Shown one piece after another: positions 12,801 to 27,510 of a stretch of 64,000 nt of DNA. Origin of the DNA: Chiloscyllium plagiosum (taxonomy: Eukaryota); the NCBI RefSeq assembly GCF_004010195.1, contig NC_057730.1, positions 46,985,065 to 47,049,064 on the forward strand. Reading direction: 5' to 3'. How positions within the stretch are numbered: position 1 is the first letter of the stretch; the number at the start of each line of letters is the position of its first letter. Both the position numbers and the translations under genes were made by a program. A model generated the notes under the pieces. That model was given only the letters and a program-made list of their open reading frames with translations. It was not told where the DNA came from and ran no database searches.

Positions 12801-14244
12801 GATAATGGTCCCAAAATCCAGAAGGTATGCAAATAATTAACAGAACACATACATGGATAAAAGTTGAAGGCTTTTGCCTTGGATTCACCAGAAATATAAA
12901 GAAACCAGACTTCAGAGGAGCACAAATTAATGCAGCGCAAGGTAATGGTGCTGATTGGTTGGGCCAATGACATGGAGATGTAGCAGGAACAGGTGACCTT
13001 TAATCTTAGTCCATAGGCTAGGTAGGTAGACAGACTGATCAGTGTGTTGTTATGGCACATGAGAGACTGGCAGTTCTCATAACCACTTCCCCAACAAAAA
13101 GAGCAGTTGACAAATTTCTTTTGCTGACTTCAAATAGTCAGAGCCCTGTGTTCACACACACGCTTTCCAGCGCACAAATGCAAGCATGCCAGATAACATT
13201 CAAATGGTTTCCATGCAATTCCAAGTACAGATTAGTCATCAGCAATATAATTAGTATTACTGACCTTATTATTAGCATAATTTGCAATCATTTATTCCCA
13301 ATCCCATTATGTTATGGACATGGTGTCCAGAAGCTTACAAGCATGGCTAGTTCAGCATTATCAGTCTACTGCCAGCAGTCAATGGGACATGTTTGATACA
13401 GTCTGCCAGCTGCTGGAAAATGTGCCATTGTAGAAACACAGCAGCCACAGGTCTTGAAACTAATATCACATCACCTATTTACACAGTAGGCTGCTTGACA
13501 AATTTGCAAGATACATGCAAATATGCAAGATACATGCACGGTGTGTAATGTCATTGTGTACTGGCTCTGATCTGAGAACTAAGGTTGGAAGATGCCTGTT
13601 CCTGCTCCATCTCCATGCCAACAATCAACAGGCCAATCAATCAACACCCTATTCTCAGGCTGTAGAAATTGGTGTTCCTACTCCAAAGTCTGTTTCTTGT
13701 GTCCTACCCCTGCTGACTGCAAGGTGAAAAGTTACAACTTTGTATCTCCTTTCAGCAAAGCTTAAAGTCTGCCAATGTCTTCAACAGCTTTCTTTCGTGT
13801 CTCTTGCTTCTCAAATTGTTCAAAATACAACAGAACCAAAATATATGTTTGTTATTTTTAATTTCACATTTTCAGCATTGTTTAGCTTCATTTTTTTTTT
13901 AAATCTAGAAATGCACTACTTTTGTGTTTGAACCCAAAAGAGATTTTATTTTTTAGCCCTTCATGAGTCTTAAACATGCAAATAGAATAAAAGTTCTAGA
14001 TGTATTACAATGTCCTTACCATTTCTGACATTTTCACCTAAAATTTATGATGAACATATCTGTCTTAACCTAATTATCCATTTCTACAATTTTGCAGTCC
14101 ATCTGTGGGGTTATGGTATAGTTTGGAATTGCATCAGAGCAATTATGTGAAGGCTCAGAAAACTAATTCCTGGGAGAATATTGTCAAAAAGTTATCCAAA
14201 TTTGTTATGCTGGGCCTGTACCCATTATGGTTAAAATTGGTGAC

Positions 14245-14610
14245 CTGGAGGAGATGGTGGTGTAGTGATAATATCATTTGATTCAAACCAAAGTCCCAGT
14301 TAATTCACTGGTGATATGGGTCAGACACCAGCAGAGCACTTCTTACAATCTAAATTCAATTAACATATCGGAAACATAAAGCTAGTCCGAGGAATGGTAA
14401 AAATGACAGTTTTCAATCTTAAAAATCCAGCCGGTTATTAACTTCCTTTTCACAAAACATATGACATCCTTAACTGCTCAACATCTGCCTCCTGATTTAC
14501 AGCAATGTGGTGGACTCTTAACTATCTGCCACAAAAGCTAGAAAGTCACTCATTTCAAAGGTAATTAGGGATAGGTAACTATCACCAGCCTTGCTCACTA
14601 TGATTCTTTT
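14245..14610 (+). mobile_element. Old tRNA-headed SINE with L2/CR1-like tail
   Basis: A-box-like ggtggtgtagtg head; body similar to copies at 24760-24930, 39640-39970 and 42000-42350. Confidence 0.55.
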
Positions 14611-15134
14611 AACTTCTTTAGTTTTGGGTAGACCTTGGAGGTCCACACATGTCAAAAGCTTCAATAAGTGGAAGCCATTCATTCACACACTAATTGGCAT
14701 GTATGGAGTCCCAGAGTCACTGTGCAGCCACACCGTTCAGTGTTGCCTGCTTGGAGGGTTGTTACCAGTGGAACAGTCTTCCCCAGAAAGTAGTCAAGTG
14801 TGTTATTGAATTTCTTGAAGCCAGAATCAGCTTCTTGAAACACAGTGGATTCACAACCTATTGGGAGCTGACAGTAATTCAGGGTTGAAACCACAATGAA
14901 ATTAGTCATGACGTTATTGAATGACGCGACAGTAGAGGATGGTCCAACCTGGCTCCAAAAGCCCACCTTTTCCCCCCAAAATCTGCAATTCATTTATAGT
15001 CAAAAAATTCTGGCACCAAACTTCAATGCCATTCTCATACACATGCACCAATTCATATTTTTAAATCTCTATAAAGCATTACCCAGATTCCATGTGATTA
15101 AAATGCACTAATCTACAGGGTCTGGTGACAGACG

Positions 15135-17010
15135 TAGAACATAGAACAGTACAGCACAGAACAGGTCCTTCAGCCCACGATGTTGTGCCGACCACTGATC
15201 CTCATGTATGCACCCTCAAATTTCTGTGACCGTATGCATGTCCAGTAGTCTCTTAAATGTCCCCAATGACCTTGCTTCCACAACTGCTGCTGGCAACTCA
15301 TTCCATGCTCCCACAACTCTGTGTAAAGAACCCACCTCTGACATCCCCTCTATACTTTCCTCCAACCAGCTTAAAACTACGACCCCTCGTGTTAGTCATT
15401 TCTTCCCTGGGAAATAGTCTCTGGCTATCGACTCTATCTATGCCTCTCCTTATCTTGTATACTTCAATTAGGTCCCCCCTCCTCCTCCTTTCCTCCAATA
15501 AAAGTCCGAGCTCAGTCAACCTCTCTTCAGAAGATAAGCCCTCCAGTCCAGGCAGCATCCTGGTAAACCTCCTGAACCCTCTCCAAAGCATCCACATCTT
15601 TCCTATAATAGGGCGACCAGAACTGGACGCAGTATTCCAAGTGCGGTCTAACCAAAGTTTTATAGAGCGGCAACAAGATCTCACGACTCTTAAACTCAAT
15701 CCCCCTGTTAATGAAAGCCAAAACACCATATGCTTTCTTAACAACCCTGTCCACTTGGGTAGCCATTTTAAGGGATCTATGTACCTGCACACCAAGATCC
15801 ATCTGTTCCTCCACACTGCCAAGAATCCTATCCTTAACCCTGTACTCAGCTTTCAAATTCGACTTTCCAAAATGCATCACCTCGCATTTATCCAGGTTGA
15901 ACTCCACCTGCCACCTCTCAGCCCATCTCTGCATCCTGTCAATGTCCCGTTGCAGCCTACAACAGCCCTCTATACTGTCAACGACACCTCCAACCTTTGT
16001 CGTCTGCAAACTTGCTGACCCATCCTTCAATCCCCTCATCCAAGTCATTAATAAAAATGACAAACAATAGAGGCCCAAGGACAGAGCCCTGTGGAACACC
16101 ACTCACCAGACTTCCAGACAGAATATTTTCCTTCTACTACCACTCGCTGTCTTCTGTTGGCCAGCCAATTCTGTATCCAGACAGCTATGTTCCCCTGAAT
16201 CCCATTCCTAATGACCTTCTGAATGAGCCTACCATGGGGAACCTTATCAAATGCCTTGCTGAAGTCCATACACACCACATCCACAGCTCGACCCTCATCA
16301 ACTTTTCTAGTCACATCCTCAAAGAACTCTATAAGGTTTGTGAGGCATGACCTGCCCCTCACAAAGCCGTGTTGACTGCATTTAATCAAGCCATGCTCTT
16401 CCAGATGGTCATAAATCCTATCCCTCAGAATCCTCAGAACACCTTGCAGACGACAGAGGTGAGACTTACTGGTCTGTAATTGCCAGGGATTTCCCTATTT
16501 CCTTTCTTGAAGAGAGGAATTAAATTTGCCTCTCTCCAGTCCTCAGGTACGACGCCAGTGGAGAGCGAGGAGTGACGAAGCAATTGCATTTCTCGTTTCC
16601 CAAAGCAGCCGAGGACAAATCTGGTCTGGGCCTGGCGACTAGTCAATCATAATGTTTGACAAAATTTTCAGCACACCAGCTCCCTCTATCTCTATCCATT
16701 TCAGCATGCACACCTGCTATTCAAAGGTTTCATTCACTACAAAGTTAGTTTCTTTTGTAAAGACAGAAGCAAAAAAAAAAAAAAAAAAAATTCATTTAAG
16801 GCTTCCCCTACCTCCTCAGACTCCACACACAAATTCCCTATGCTATCCCTGATCGGCCCTACTCTTTCTTTGACCATTCTCTTATACCTCAAGTGTAAAA
16901 TGCCTTTGTGTTCTCCCTAATCCGTTCTGCCAAGCCTTTCTTGTGCCCCCTCCTGGCTCTCCTCAGACCATTTTTGAGCTCCTTCCTCACCTGTCTGTAA
17001 TTCTCTAGAA
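15135..17010 (-). mobile_element. CR1 LINE, ~1.9 kb, relatively young, frameshifted RT
   Basis: Overlapping minus ORFs: GNYRPVSLTSVV, QHGFVRGRSCLTNLIEFFE..DFSKAFDKVPH, LQRDIDRMQRWAERWQVEFN, HLEYCVQFWSPYYRKD. Tail agaacatagaacagtacagcac. Confidence 0.95.
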
Positions 17011-19759
17011 ATGTTGCCATTTCTGGAGCAGAATGTCCAGGTTTAGATTCCCCCCTGTGTCAGAGATGTTATAACATACCCAAAAATGATGATTCAAAAT
17101 AATTTACAACATCTATCAGCTGCCATGATTTCTAATCACCACTCCAACCCCAATCTTATTCATGCACCTTATCAAAGGACGACTGGAAATCTATAAACAT
17201 CCAATACGTAGACCAAAATCTTCAAAAATCTTCCAAAAAATTAGTCATAAAATGTTAGATCAATTGCTTGAGCACGTTCTGCAGACTATAGTCTATAGAT
17301 GACACCTAGCTTACACTGGGCAGAGTCTCATTTACTGAATGCCTGTTAAATTGGCTTCAACCACACAAAAAAGCATCCATCTTGAAACAGCGATGGAAAA
17401 AATTGTTAACAGATCAATGGAAGTGGTACATAAATTTTCAAAGAGCTCCATCTGAGATGCTCTCCAAGCCTGCATAAGGTGAAATCACTTCAGTTATATT
17501 GTGTGCCAATCCATGGGACTCCAATGAACATCTATAAAACTGGCACAACCAAATAGAACACAAACAGATTTTTAGTTCCGGCTAGAATCTGAGATAAAAA
17601 AACAAAAAGGATAGCAAGGTTAGAGGTTGGCAAGTTGACCTGAATTACATTCAGACTACGTTAACCACATAAATCACAATTAACTTGGGAATCACCTTGA
17701 AATTTGCATAAAAAGCGTAACCAAAAAGATCAGCATTCTCAGTATTTACAAGCACAGTTTTATAGCTTAATACTATTTCAGGTATGAGGTATAAATAGCC
17801 TTTAAAGCACATCATATTGGTCTTGCAGTTACCTGTACATTGCTAGAGACGTCTTTAAACTGAAGTAGTTTATGAAGCTCAAGTACGTCAAGTATTCTGT
17901 AATAAATTTCCCACTTCAAGATGATCTCGGTAGCCCATTTCATGCTAAGTGAACTGGACATTTAAATATGATCCAGGTTCAGATGGAATATGATACTTTA
18001 AGAGCCACCAACAGTTGCCACTTAGCATGAAGCTGCCATTGCTAGAAGCTCGCAAATTTCAGGATTTTCCATTACTAGGCTGACATAGCTAAGCTCAGTT
18101 GCAACCCGCAGTCTGATTTCTGATGCCAGATCCCAACACGACGGTTCTTCCACACAAGACAAGGCATTTGGGTAACCTTGAACACTTAAATCGCCAAAAA
18201 CAATGCTTCTGGATGTTGACCCATTCTCCTAAAGTGAATGGTCAAAGGGAAGGCAAGCTATTTATGTACTACAGTTACATCACAGTTTCAGGATCGAACT
18301 CAGTAATCTCCTTTCTCAGACATGGAAACTAGAACTTAGCATCCACGGTCTAAACACATATAGCTTTGGACTGTAAGCCATCAACTCTCAAGTATCCTGA
18401 GAAAGTCCTGACTTGAGGAGGTCTGACATCCAGTCCCAAATGAAAGACAACATTTGAAATCTATCCTAATACTTGGGAGAACAATTATTGGGAAGGATGG
18501 GAAGGCCAAATGTACTATGTTTCTGGACCATTAGTGATTGCTATACTGGCCTCGAGCTTTTGTCAACATTTTGCATAATCAGTAAAAAATCTAAGGTTAC
18601 TTTTGCATTTTTGGAGGTTATTGAAACAACAAATATTTAACCCATGCAGTTATTTTTCCCATGGAGCTTGAGAGAACAATGGTGGTCATTTGGCGCAATT
18701 TCATGTTTTGGCGCTTTCAAAACATTTTACTACTTATTCCAATCATTGAATAAAAAGTGTCTCCAATAAAACACTTAGTGAGGTTAATTTTAATACAATA
18801 CTGGATGTTTTCACACAAACCAATCAAGGTTCTAAAAATGGCTGATCAATTTGAATCAAGTTCTAGATCAGTTGAAATAGTAAAGTTATATTCCGAGATC
18901 CTATTACATCGCTCTCAATGGTCTAGCCTCAGTCACAAGAAACTTAACAGCTCATTCAGCACCATATAACTAGCATTATTGTTTTACAAATCTCAACTGT
19001 AGCCAACAAGCCATAACTTATAATGCACAAGGATATACTCTATCACCCAAACACTTGAAATTGTTATTTTCTGTATGTCCCAGAATCCAGGAACTAAAAT
19101 TTTGCGACCTGCTTTAAATGTATTCTTAAGCTGCTTCTTGAAGCACTGATTCGAAGTTGTAGATGGAAGCATGTTTTGCTTAGAATGCTGAGCTCCAGGA
19201 CTGAAACGGATACAGGAATGAACCAACTATGAACATGTTTGACCACAAGACGGTTTTCCAGCAGACAAGATATTCTTGCAGAACGGTGCACAAGCTCTCC
19301 AGTGCTGGAAGTTACGCAATGAAAACAGGTTCTGGTGGCTACAAAGGATCTACAACATCCAGTACTGGCATCAAATGCTTAAGGTCCATCCAAGGAAAGG
19401 TCACAGCAGGCTGCGAACATCTGGCAAATAGCAAAGGCAAAAGCATATCGGTCATTTAATAAAAATCAAAGATTGACAAAACATATCTTATTGGATCTAG
19501 GGACACCAGTTTCCCATTTTCATGGGAGAATGTATGCAAACCGGCTGTTCCTGAGCATGCGACCCACACATGGAAAAACTTGGATAATACAGAAACAGCA
19601 GATATGGTTGGTGAGTGAAAAATTAAATCAATTAATCACTGGTAACATTGCCACTATAATACTGAGCATTAAAACACTGAAGGCTCTGGTTCAAATTCAG
19701 GTCTATGCTCAGATGTGGCAGAATTTGTTGTGCTTGAATTAGTCTCTGTGCTGGGGGAG

Positions 19760-21595
19760 AACAAGTATAAGAGGGACATCAGGAGGGCCAAGGGAGAACA
19801 TGAGACAGCCTTGGCAAATAGGGTTAAGGAGAATCCAAAGAGATTATACACATACATTAAAATTAAAAAAAATAGGGAGAGAATAGGACCCCTTAAAGAT
19901 CAACAGGGCTGCCTCTGAATGAAACCACAGAACATGGGTGAGATACTAAATGAGTATTTTAGACCAGTGTTTGCTGCAGAAGGATATGGAAGCTAGAGAA
20001 CTTGGGAGAAATAAACAGTGATATCATGAGAAGTGCCCATATTACAGAGGTGGGGGTGTTGGAAATCTTAAAATGCACAAATGGATAAAGCCTGGGGACC
20101 TGATCAGGTGCAACCCAGAATTTTATGGGAAATTAGGAAAGGTTGGGCCCCTTGCAGAGATAGTTGTACCATTGATAGCCATGGATGAGGTGCTGGAAGA
20201 CTGGAGGTTGGCTAAAATGGTGCTTTAATTTCAGCAAGCTGGTAAGGAAAAGCCAGGCAACTACAGACCAGTGAGTCTGACATCAATGTTGGAGGCAATT
20301 CTGATTGACAAGATTTACATGTATTTGGAAAGGCAAGTACTGATTCGGGATAGTCAATATAGCTTTTTGCATGGGATATTGTCTAACTTGATTCATTTTT
20401 TTAAGAAACCAAGATGATTGATGAAGACAGAGTAATGGACATTGTCCATGTGGACTTCAAGGCATTCAACAAGGTTCTGCACATTAGACTGGTTATCAAG
20501 GTTGGAATCACATCAAATTTAGGGAGAAAAACCATTTGGGTGGAAAACTGGCTTGAAAGTAGGAAGAATGTGGTGCAGCATTCTTTTGGACTGGAGGCCT
20601 GTGACCAGTGGTATGCCATTAGGATCAGTGCTGGATCCACTGCTTTTTGTCATTTAATAAATGAATTGGATGTGAGTATAGGAGGTATAGTTCTTAAGGT
20701 TGCAGATGATACCAAAATTGGTGGTGCAGTGGACAGCGAAGAAAGTTACCTCAATATAGTGGGACCTTGATCAGATGGGCAAATGGGCCAGAGTGGCAGA
20801 TGGAGTTTCATTTGGACAAATGAGGTGCTGCATTTTGGTAAGGCACATCAAGATAGGATTAATGAGTACATTTAATGTTCCTAGGTAGTATTGCCAAACA
20901 AGAGACCTTGGGATGCCGGTTCATTGTTCCTTGAAAGTGGACTTGCAGGGAGACAGGACAGTGTAGGCATCACTTGCCTTTATTGGTCAATGCATCGAGC
21001 AGAGCTGGAAGTCACATTGCAGCTGTACAGGACCAGTTAGACCACTTTTGGAATACTGCATTCAGTTTTGGTCTCCCTGCTAGAGGAACAATGTTGCGCA
21101 AATTAAAAAGGCTCAGAAGAGATTTACGAGAATGTTGCCAGTGTTGGAAGATTTGAGTTATAGGGAAACACTGACTAGGCTGGGGCTATTTTCTGTGGAA
21201 TCTAGGAGGCTGAGGGGTGACCATATTGCGATTTATAAAATCATGTGGGGCACGGATAGGGTGAATAGTCAAAGTCTTTTCCCCAGAACAGGGGAGCCCA
21301 AAAATAGAGGGCATAGGTTTATGTTGAGAGGAAAGATTTAAAAAGAGACCCAAGGGGCAACTTTCTCATGCAAAGGGTAGTGTGTGTATGTAATGAGCTG
21401 CCAGAGGAAGTTGAGGCGGCTGGTACAATGACAACATTTAAAAGACATCTGGATGGGTAAATGAATAAGGGTTTAGCAAGATATGGGCTTTCACCTGCTG
21501 GCAAATGGGACTAAATTAATTTTGGATATCTTGCCTGCATGGATGAGTTGGACTGAAGGGTCTGTTTCCATGCTGTACATATCTATTACTCTAAC
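19760..21595 (+). mobile_element. CR1/HER1 LINE, ~1.8 kb, decayed
   Basis: RVKENPKRLYTYIK, DFKAFNKV, VADDTKIGG, LSYRETLTRLGLFS remnants; 3'UTR like the 5062-5780 copy. Confidence 0.92.
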
Positions 21596-22399
21596 TTAAT
21601 CAGGGATTCCAAGCAACTGCAAAAGGTGTCAACACATTAAGGTGCTGCTTCATTCTCCACAATCAATTAGAATCATCAACTCAAACTATTAAATATTTAA
21701 AGATGTTTAAATGATATTTTTTATTTCTATAACCATGCAATTGACACAATCACAGGCAGTATACTCTCTCTGTACAAGACCCAATATCCAAATGGACCAC
21801 CTGACTGTCAAAATCTACAAATGATGCAAATTTCAACTTATTAAAACCTCATTACGTTTATCAAATGAGTTAAGCTGTACAAGTTCAGGATCCTGATGTT
21901 CTCACTGTTCTCTCTGGTCTGTAGTGTTAGATTACTTCTGGATCAACACCTGACGTACTAAAACTATGTTCATTCCCTAAATTTGGAGGAGGGATAAACA
22001 GTTGGGAGTGGTTTGAAGATTGCGATCCAGCAACATCTGCTTTAGTTGTGTGCAACAAGCATTTGCTAACATCAAAAGAGATCTTGGCAGCAAAGCCTTT
22101 TACAGTCAAAATGCTTCTCGACACTCACTGAGGCTTGTGTCTGAAGTGCAGACAAACTGCACAGGACTACATAGAAAGATGCACCTTCAAGAACTTCACT
22201 ACTTCAGGGGAGGCAGTTAACACAACTAGAGAAGTTAAAAATTTATTTCCATTTACTCATAATAAAATTAATTTTTAAAACTAGGAACTTGGGGTTCTAC
22301 TGTTGCACTGTGATTTAGTTAATCAAATTCCTTCAAACTTAACATCCGAGAACACCAAAGGACGACCTGGCAACAAATGTTTCTGCAGTCAAGAAGCTT

Positions 22400-22780
22400 G
22401 ACACTATTCAGCAGATCAATTGACTGGCACTCCATCCACCACAATGAGCAGTGTATGCCATTTCAAAGATCCACTGCAACAATTCACCAAAGCTCCTTTG
22501 ACAGCATCTTCTAAATCCCCCCAACCTCTCCCATTTAAAAAAGGAAAATGGCAACAGATGTGGGAACACCATCTCCAGCAAGTTCACCTCCAAACCATGC
22601 ACTATTGTGTTGGAATTGTACCACCTTTGCTTCACTGTTGCTGGGTCTAAACCCTGCCACTCCCTTCCTAATAGCACGGTGGATGTAGCAACACAATTGA
22701 CTGCATTAGTTCAACCACTTTTTTCTTCCGTACAATGGCAATAAATGCTGGCAAAAGCTGCGAAACATCCCATGAACAAA
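22400..22780 (+). mobile_element. Old L2/CR1-like LINE 3' end
   Basis: Shares the ...ggcaataaatgctggc tail and body with 41075-41250 and 47640-47960. Confidence 0.55.
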
Positions 22781-25700
22781 ATGTTTTTGAAATTTGTAAT
22801 TTCTTGTACATACTGAGAAGAGAAGCTAACGTTTTAGTACTGTTAAACTCTTGAGTCCATTTACATTGGCAGTTCAGACATATTTTCCTCCCTTCAAAAA
22901 AAATCAATTCTAAACTGGCAATTTTGTTTTTACCTAGCTCTAAACAAGAATTAATAACAGTTTGTTTTACTAGAAGTGTACAATTAGAATGTACCTTGCA
23001 CAAAATGTCAGTTAACTAGGTTCTTGTGCTGGAACTTATCTTGTAGCTAATGGAAAATGAGCAGGCCCAAATGAATGAGGAGTAGACCTTCCCCAGTGCC
23101 CTTGCTCACATCATGATGGCTTCCCAACATGCCAATTGAGATTTTTAAAACTAAAATCCAGGTTTTGAAGCCTCAACTTTTGGAGGAAACAGTTCTGTAT
23201 TATATCCATCCACTTACTTTTCATGGTCTCTTGTTTGCCTGCTGTTCTTCAGCTAACAGCCCAACAACTGTGAGCAGTAATAAACTTAAATATCGTAGTG
23301 TGAAATAAATTTACTCAACGCTCCATCATTCTCATTCTAAACTGTCTACAAAGAAAACAATTCTTTACACCACAGGAACAGGGGAGAGCTGAGAAGCACA
23401 AGAAACATGTGTAGTAAATGATGTCACCTAATCTTTTCTTTCAGAAAATAAATATTGGCCTGTAAAATATATATCTAGTTAGGCTGTAAGTTCTTACTGT
23501 TGCAACGTCTTCTGTGCCAGAAGAACTTTCTCATGATGTCATACAACAGCCCAACTGCCTTCAGCATTCAACACATTCAAAAGTAATTAGATTCCATAAA
23601 GTAACAAAGCTACGACTTCAGTGGTACTTCATTGGAGGTAACAATTATGAATTCTTTTATAAGGCCAAATGGCAGAGGGGAAATTCTCATTATGTTACAA
23701 TCAAAATAATCTAGTTGCTAGCAAATACCAGAGTAGATTACCAGTCTGACCAACTCCTGTACATGTAACTTGATTTCCATCTAGGAAAGCCGTAGTTAAG
23801 ACTGTTTGGCTGAAAACACAATGTGCTTCAGCAAAGAGCTTATTTCTAGTGTTACAGGGTCAAATTTGTTCCTAGCCAGCCACAGAATGCATCCACCTTT
23901 AGTTAAATGCAATAACTGCAATCATTTTGGTTAATTCTAGACAGATGCCCATCATATGGTTAAAACTGCAATAATGCAGTCACAGATCAAGTAATTGAAA
24001 TAATGTGACACAATCTGAAATCTACCAAATGATTCACCAGTGATGAAGATGCTCATGTGGCTGGTTCATAAATTGTTAAGACTTACTAAATAAACAGTTA
24101 ACTCACTCTACAGATCATAACTCGAACAAAATATAAAAAGTACACTTGAAGGGATCAGTAAAAAGTACAATGTACAAGCCCATGGAGAAACTCAATTAGA
24201 GGGGTATAGATTTCTGTTCACCTGACATTAGCCAAAGTATTATTCCGCTACTGTAACTGCAAACTTTGCTATACTCTTAAGAAATCAACAAAGTTATTTC
24301 AAATAGGAGTCTTAGATTACTTAAAATAAGCATTTATATACATATATCCCAGTTAAAAAAATTTTAATCCTGGCATTGAGAATAATCTCTTTTATGAGCA
24401 CAACAGTAACAGCAGATTTAAGGACAGAAAGGGACCAGTAGTTGACAAAGGAAGAAGCTTTGTGTTAGGAGAAATAGAGTTTGTGACGGAAAACAACTTG
24501 TGAACACAGAAGGCCTCTGAAGTCAGATTCTACGTTCAAGTAGCTTTCAGGGAACTGGAGCCTGACTGGTTAGTTCAATGATCATAAGGATAACAAAGGT
24601 AGAAATCATTAACAAATAGACTTTAAATATAAAGCACAAAAAAAAATTAGGTTACTTTACCACTGAAGACAAAATGGGCTAAATGACCTCCTTTGCTGCC
24701 ATTTTTGGTAATGCTTTCAATTCACAGTTTAAAAGCACTTAATCCTCAGACAAATATCACTTGTTGGAAAAGCCCACTTGGTTCACTAGTGTCCTTCAGG
24801 GAAGGAATTTGCCAACCTTACCTCGTCTGGTCTACATGCGACCCCAAACTCAGAGCAATGTGACTGTTCGACTGTCCTCAGACAATTAGGGATGAACAAT
24901 ACATGTTGACCTAGCTAATGATGTTTAAATGCCATAAATGAACCAAAAGATTTAAGTCACCAAAGGAATCTGCCAGTAAAGAAACATTAGTAATAATCAC
25001 ACAGGAATAAATAAAAGGGAAAGCAGTGTGCGCTCTGGAAACGTCTAAACAAATAGAATTATAGCACAAGACCATAGAAGGACTTGAAAAACTAATGAGT
25101 TTCTTTCATGGGACACAAGAGGCAAAGCATGAGCAGATTTCTTATCTCACGAAGAAAACTCTCACTTGTTGGCTCAAAAATTCTAATCCCAACCCATGAA
25201 AATTATTCAAAGCAATCATAGCTGAGTAGGAAACGAAGGTTGCTTGCCTCTTGGTTTGATTGAGCAAGCATTCAAGGAAACTGAAGTCAATGCAAGATTG
25301 AAGATGGTAAGAGTCAAACATGGATAACAATTACCTTGACCACATTAAGACAGATTTAAAGTGGGGGAGCTGAGAAGGGGTAGTTGGGAAATAATCCTAA
25401 AGCAGATTTAAATTAAGTGAGATGCCAAAAAGCACAATATTCTTGTGCATAGAACACAAAAGTTAGCATAAATTTGCAGCAGGTAATGCAGGAAAATTGA
25501 ATTTTGGCTTTTCATGCTAAAGGATTGGAGTTAGTAGTTTTAAAACTGTACAGACTGTTAGTGAGTTGCACCTGGAGCAGCGTACAGGTTTGGTGTCATA
25601 TTTTCAAAGCATATACTGGCATTAGAAGCAATTCAAAACAGATGCATTGGACTGATTCCTGTGATGAAAGGGTTGAATTACCAAGAACAGCTAGACATGG

Positions 25701-25834
25701 TTAAACTTATTCGGTACTTTAGAATAATGATGTGTGACCTTGGAGTGTAGCAAATTCTGAGGGGGCTGAAGAGGACAAATAATGAAAGAAAAATGTCATT
25801 AGTCGGAAAATCTTGAACGAGGGGACATGGAATT

Positions 25835-27510
25835 AGAACACAGAACAGTACTGCACAGTACAGGCCCTTCAGCCCTCTATGTTATGCTGACCTCCAAGAC
25901 CAAACTAACCTACATAACCTTAAATTTAACTATTATCCATGCACCTTTCCTAAGAGTCGCTTAAATATCCACGAATGTATCTGGCTCTCGTCCCACTGCT
26001 GCCAGTGCATTCCACACAACCACGACTGTGTGAAGAACCTACCTCTAACATTTCCCCTAAAACTTCCCTCCAATCACCTTAAAATTCTGATCCCTTGTGA
26101 CAGACATTTCCACCCTGGGAAAAAGTTTCTGGTTATCCACTTCATCTATGCCTCTCATCATGTACATCTCGACCAAGTCACCTTTCACCCTTCATCATTC
26201 CAATGAGGAAAGCCTTAGTTCACTGAACCTTTCTTCAGAAGGCATGCCCTCCAGTCCAGGCAGCACACTGGTAAATTTCCTCTGCAGTCTCTAAAGCTTC
26301 CACATCGTTGCTATAATGAGGCAACCTGAACGGAATACTTACTCCAATTGTGGGCTAAACATGGCTCCATGGAGCTGCATAACCTCATAAGCTCTTAAAT
26401 TCAATCCCCCTGCATATGAAAGCCAACACACCATATGCCTTCTTAATAACCCTATCAACTTGGGTGGCAGCTTGGAGGGATCTATGATCTCAAGAACCCT
26501 CTGTTCCTCCATACTGTATTTTGCAATGAATCACTTCACTTTTCCTGGTTAAACTCCATCCGCCACTTCTCAGCCCAGCTGTGCATCCTCAACGTTCCAG
26601 TGCAACTTACAACAGCCCTCCACCCTATCCACAACTCCACCAACCTTTGTGTCATGGGTAAACTTACTAAATCACCCTCCCACATCCTCATCCAAGTCAT
26701 TTACAAAATCACAGAGCAGAGGTCCCAGAACAGATCCCTGTGGAGTACAACTGATTACTGAGCTCCAGGTTGAATACTTTGCATCTACTACTACCCTGTC
26801 TTCTATGGAACAGCCAATTGTTTCCAGATAGCCAAATTTCTCTGTATCCCATGTTTCCTTCCTAAATGAATGAGCCTACAATAGGGAACCTTTCAAGCGC
26901 CTTGCCCAAATCCATGTACACCACATCCACTGCTCTACCTTCAATGTGTTTTGCCACATCCTCAAAGAATTCAGCAAAGTTTTGGGACATGACCTGCCCC
27001 CTCAAAGCAATGCTGACTATCTCTAAACTATACTTTTCCAAATAATCTAAATCCGGTGTCTCAGGATATTTCCCAATAATTTGCCTATCAGACATAAGAA
27101 TGACTTCTGTAATTCCCAGGGTCATCCTCAATCATTTTCTTGAACAAGGGAACATTTACCACCCGCCAATCATCTGGTACTAATGCAGTGGACAGTGACG
27201 ACACAAAGACCATCGCCATAGGCGCAGCAATTTCCCACATCGCCTCCCGTAGTAACCTGAGGCGTATTTTGTCTGGCCCATGGGACTTAACTATCCTCAT
27301 GTTTTTCAAAATTTCCAACAAATTCTCCTCCTCCCATTACCCTCTTCGGGCATATCAGCCTGTTTCACACTGTCCTCTCAGATGACAGCAGTCCCTCTTG
27401 TTAGTGAATATTGAAGCAAAGTATTCATTAAAGGACTTCCTCCACCTCTAGGCACAGGTTCTCTTCACTATCCTGGATTTGCCCTACCGTCACTCTGGCC
27501 ATCCTCTTTC
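25835..27510 (-). mobile_element. CR1 LINE nested inside an older plus-strand CR1 (25400-25830 and 27510-27745)
   Basis: Minus RT remnants (GPDKIRLRLLREA, EFFEDVAK..VDVVYMD). The flanks continue one plus-strand CR1 3' end across the insertion. Confidence 0.85.

Noticed and set aside
15257-16018. 253-aa plus-strand ORF
   Set aside because: Antisense shadow of the CR1 reverse transcriptase.
19108-19420. Good minus-strand acceptor (gcttttgcctttgctatttgccag| at 19420) in intron 1 with an early in-frame stop
   Set aside because: No convincing matching donor found.
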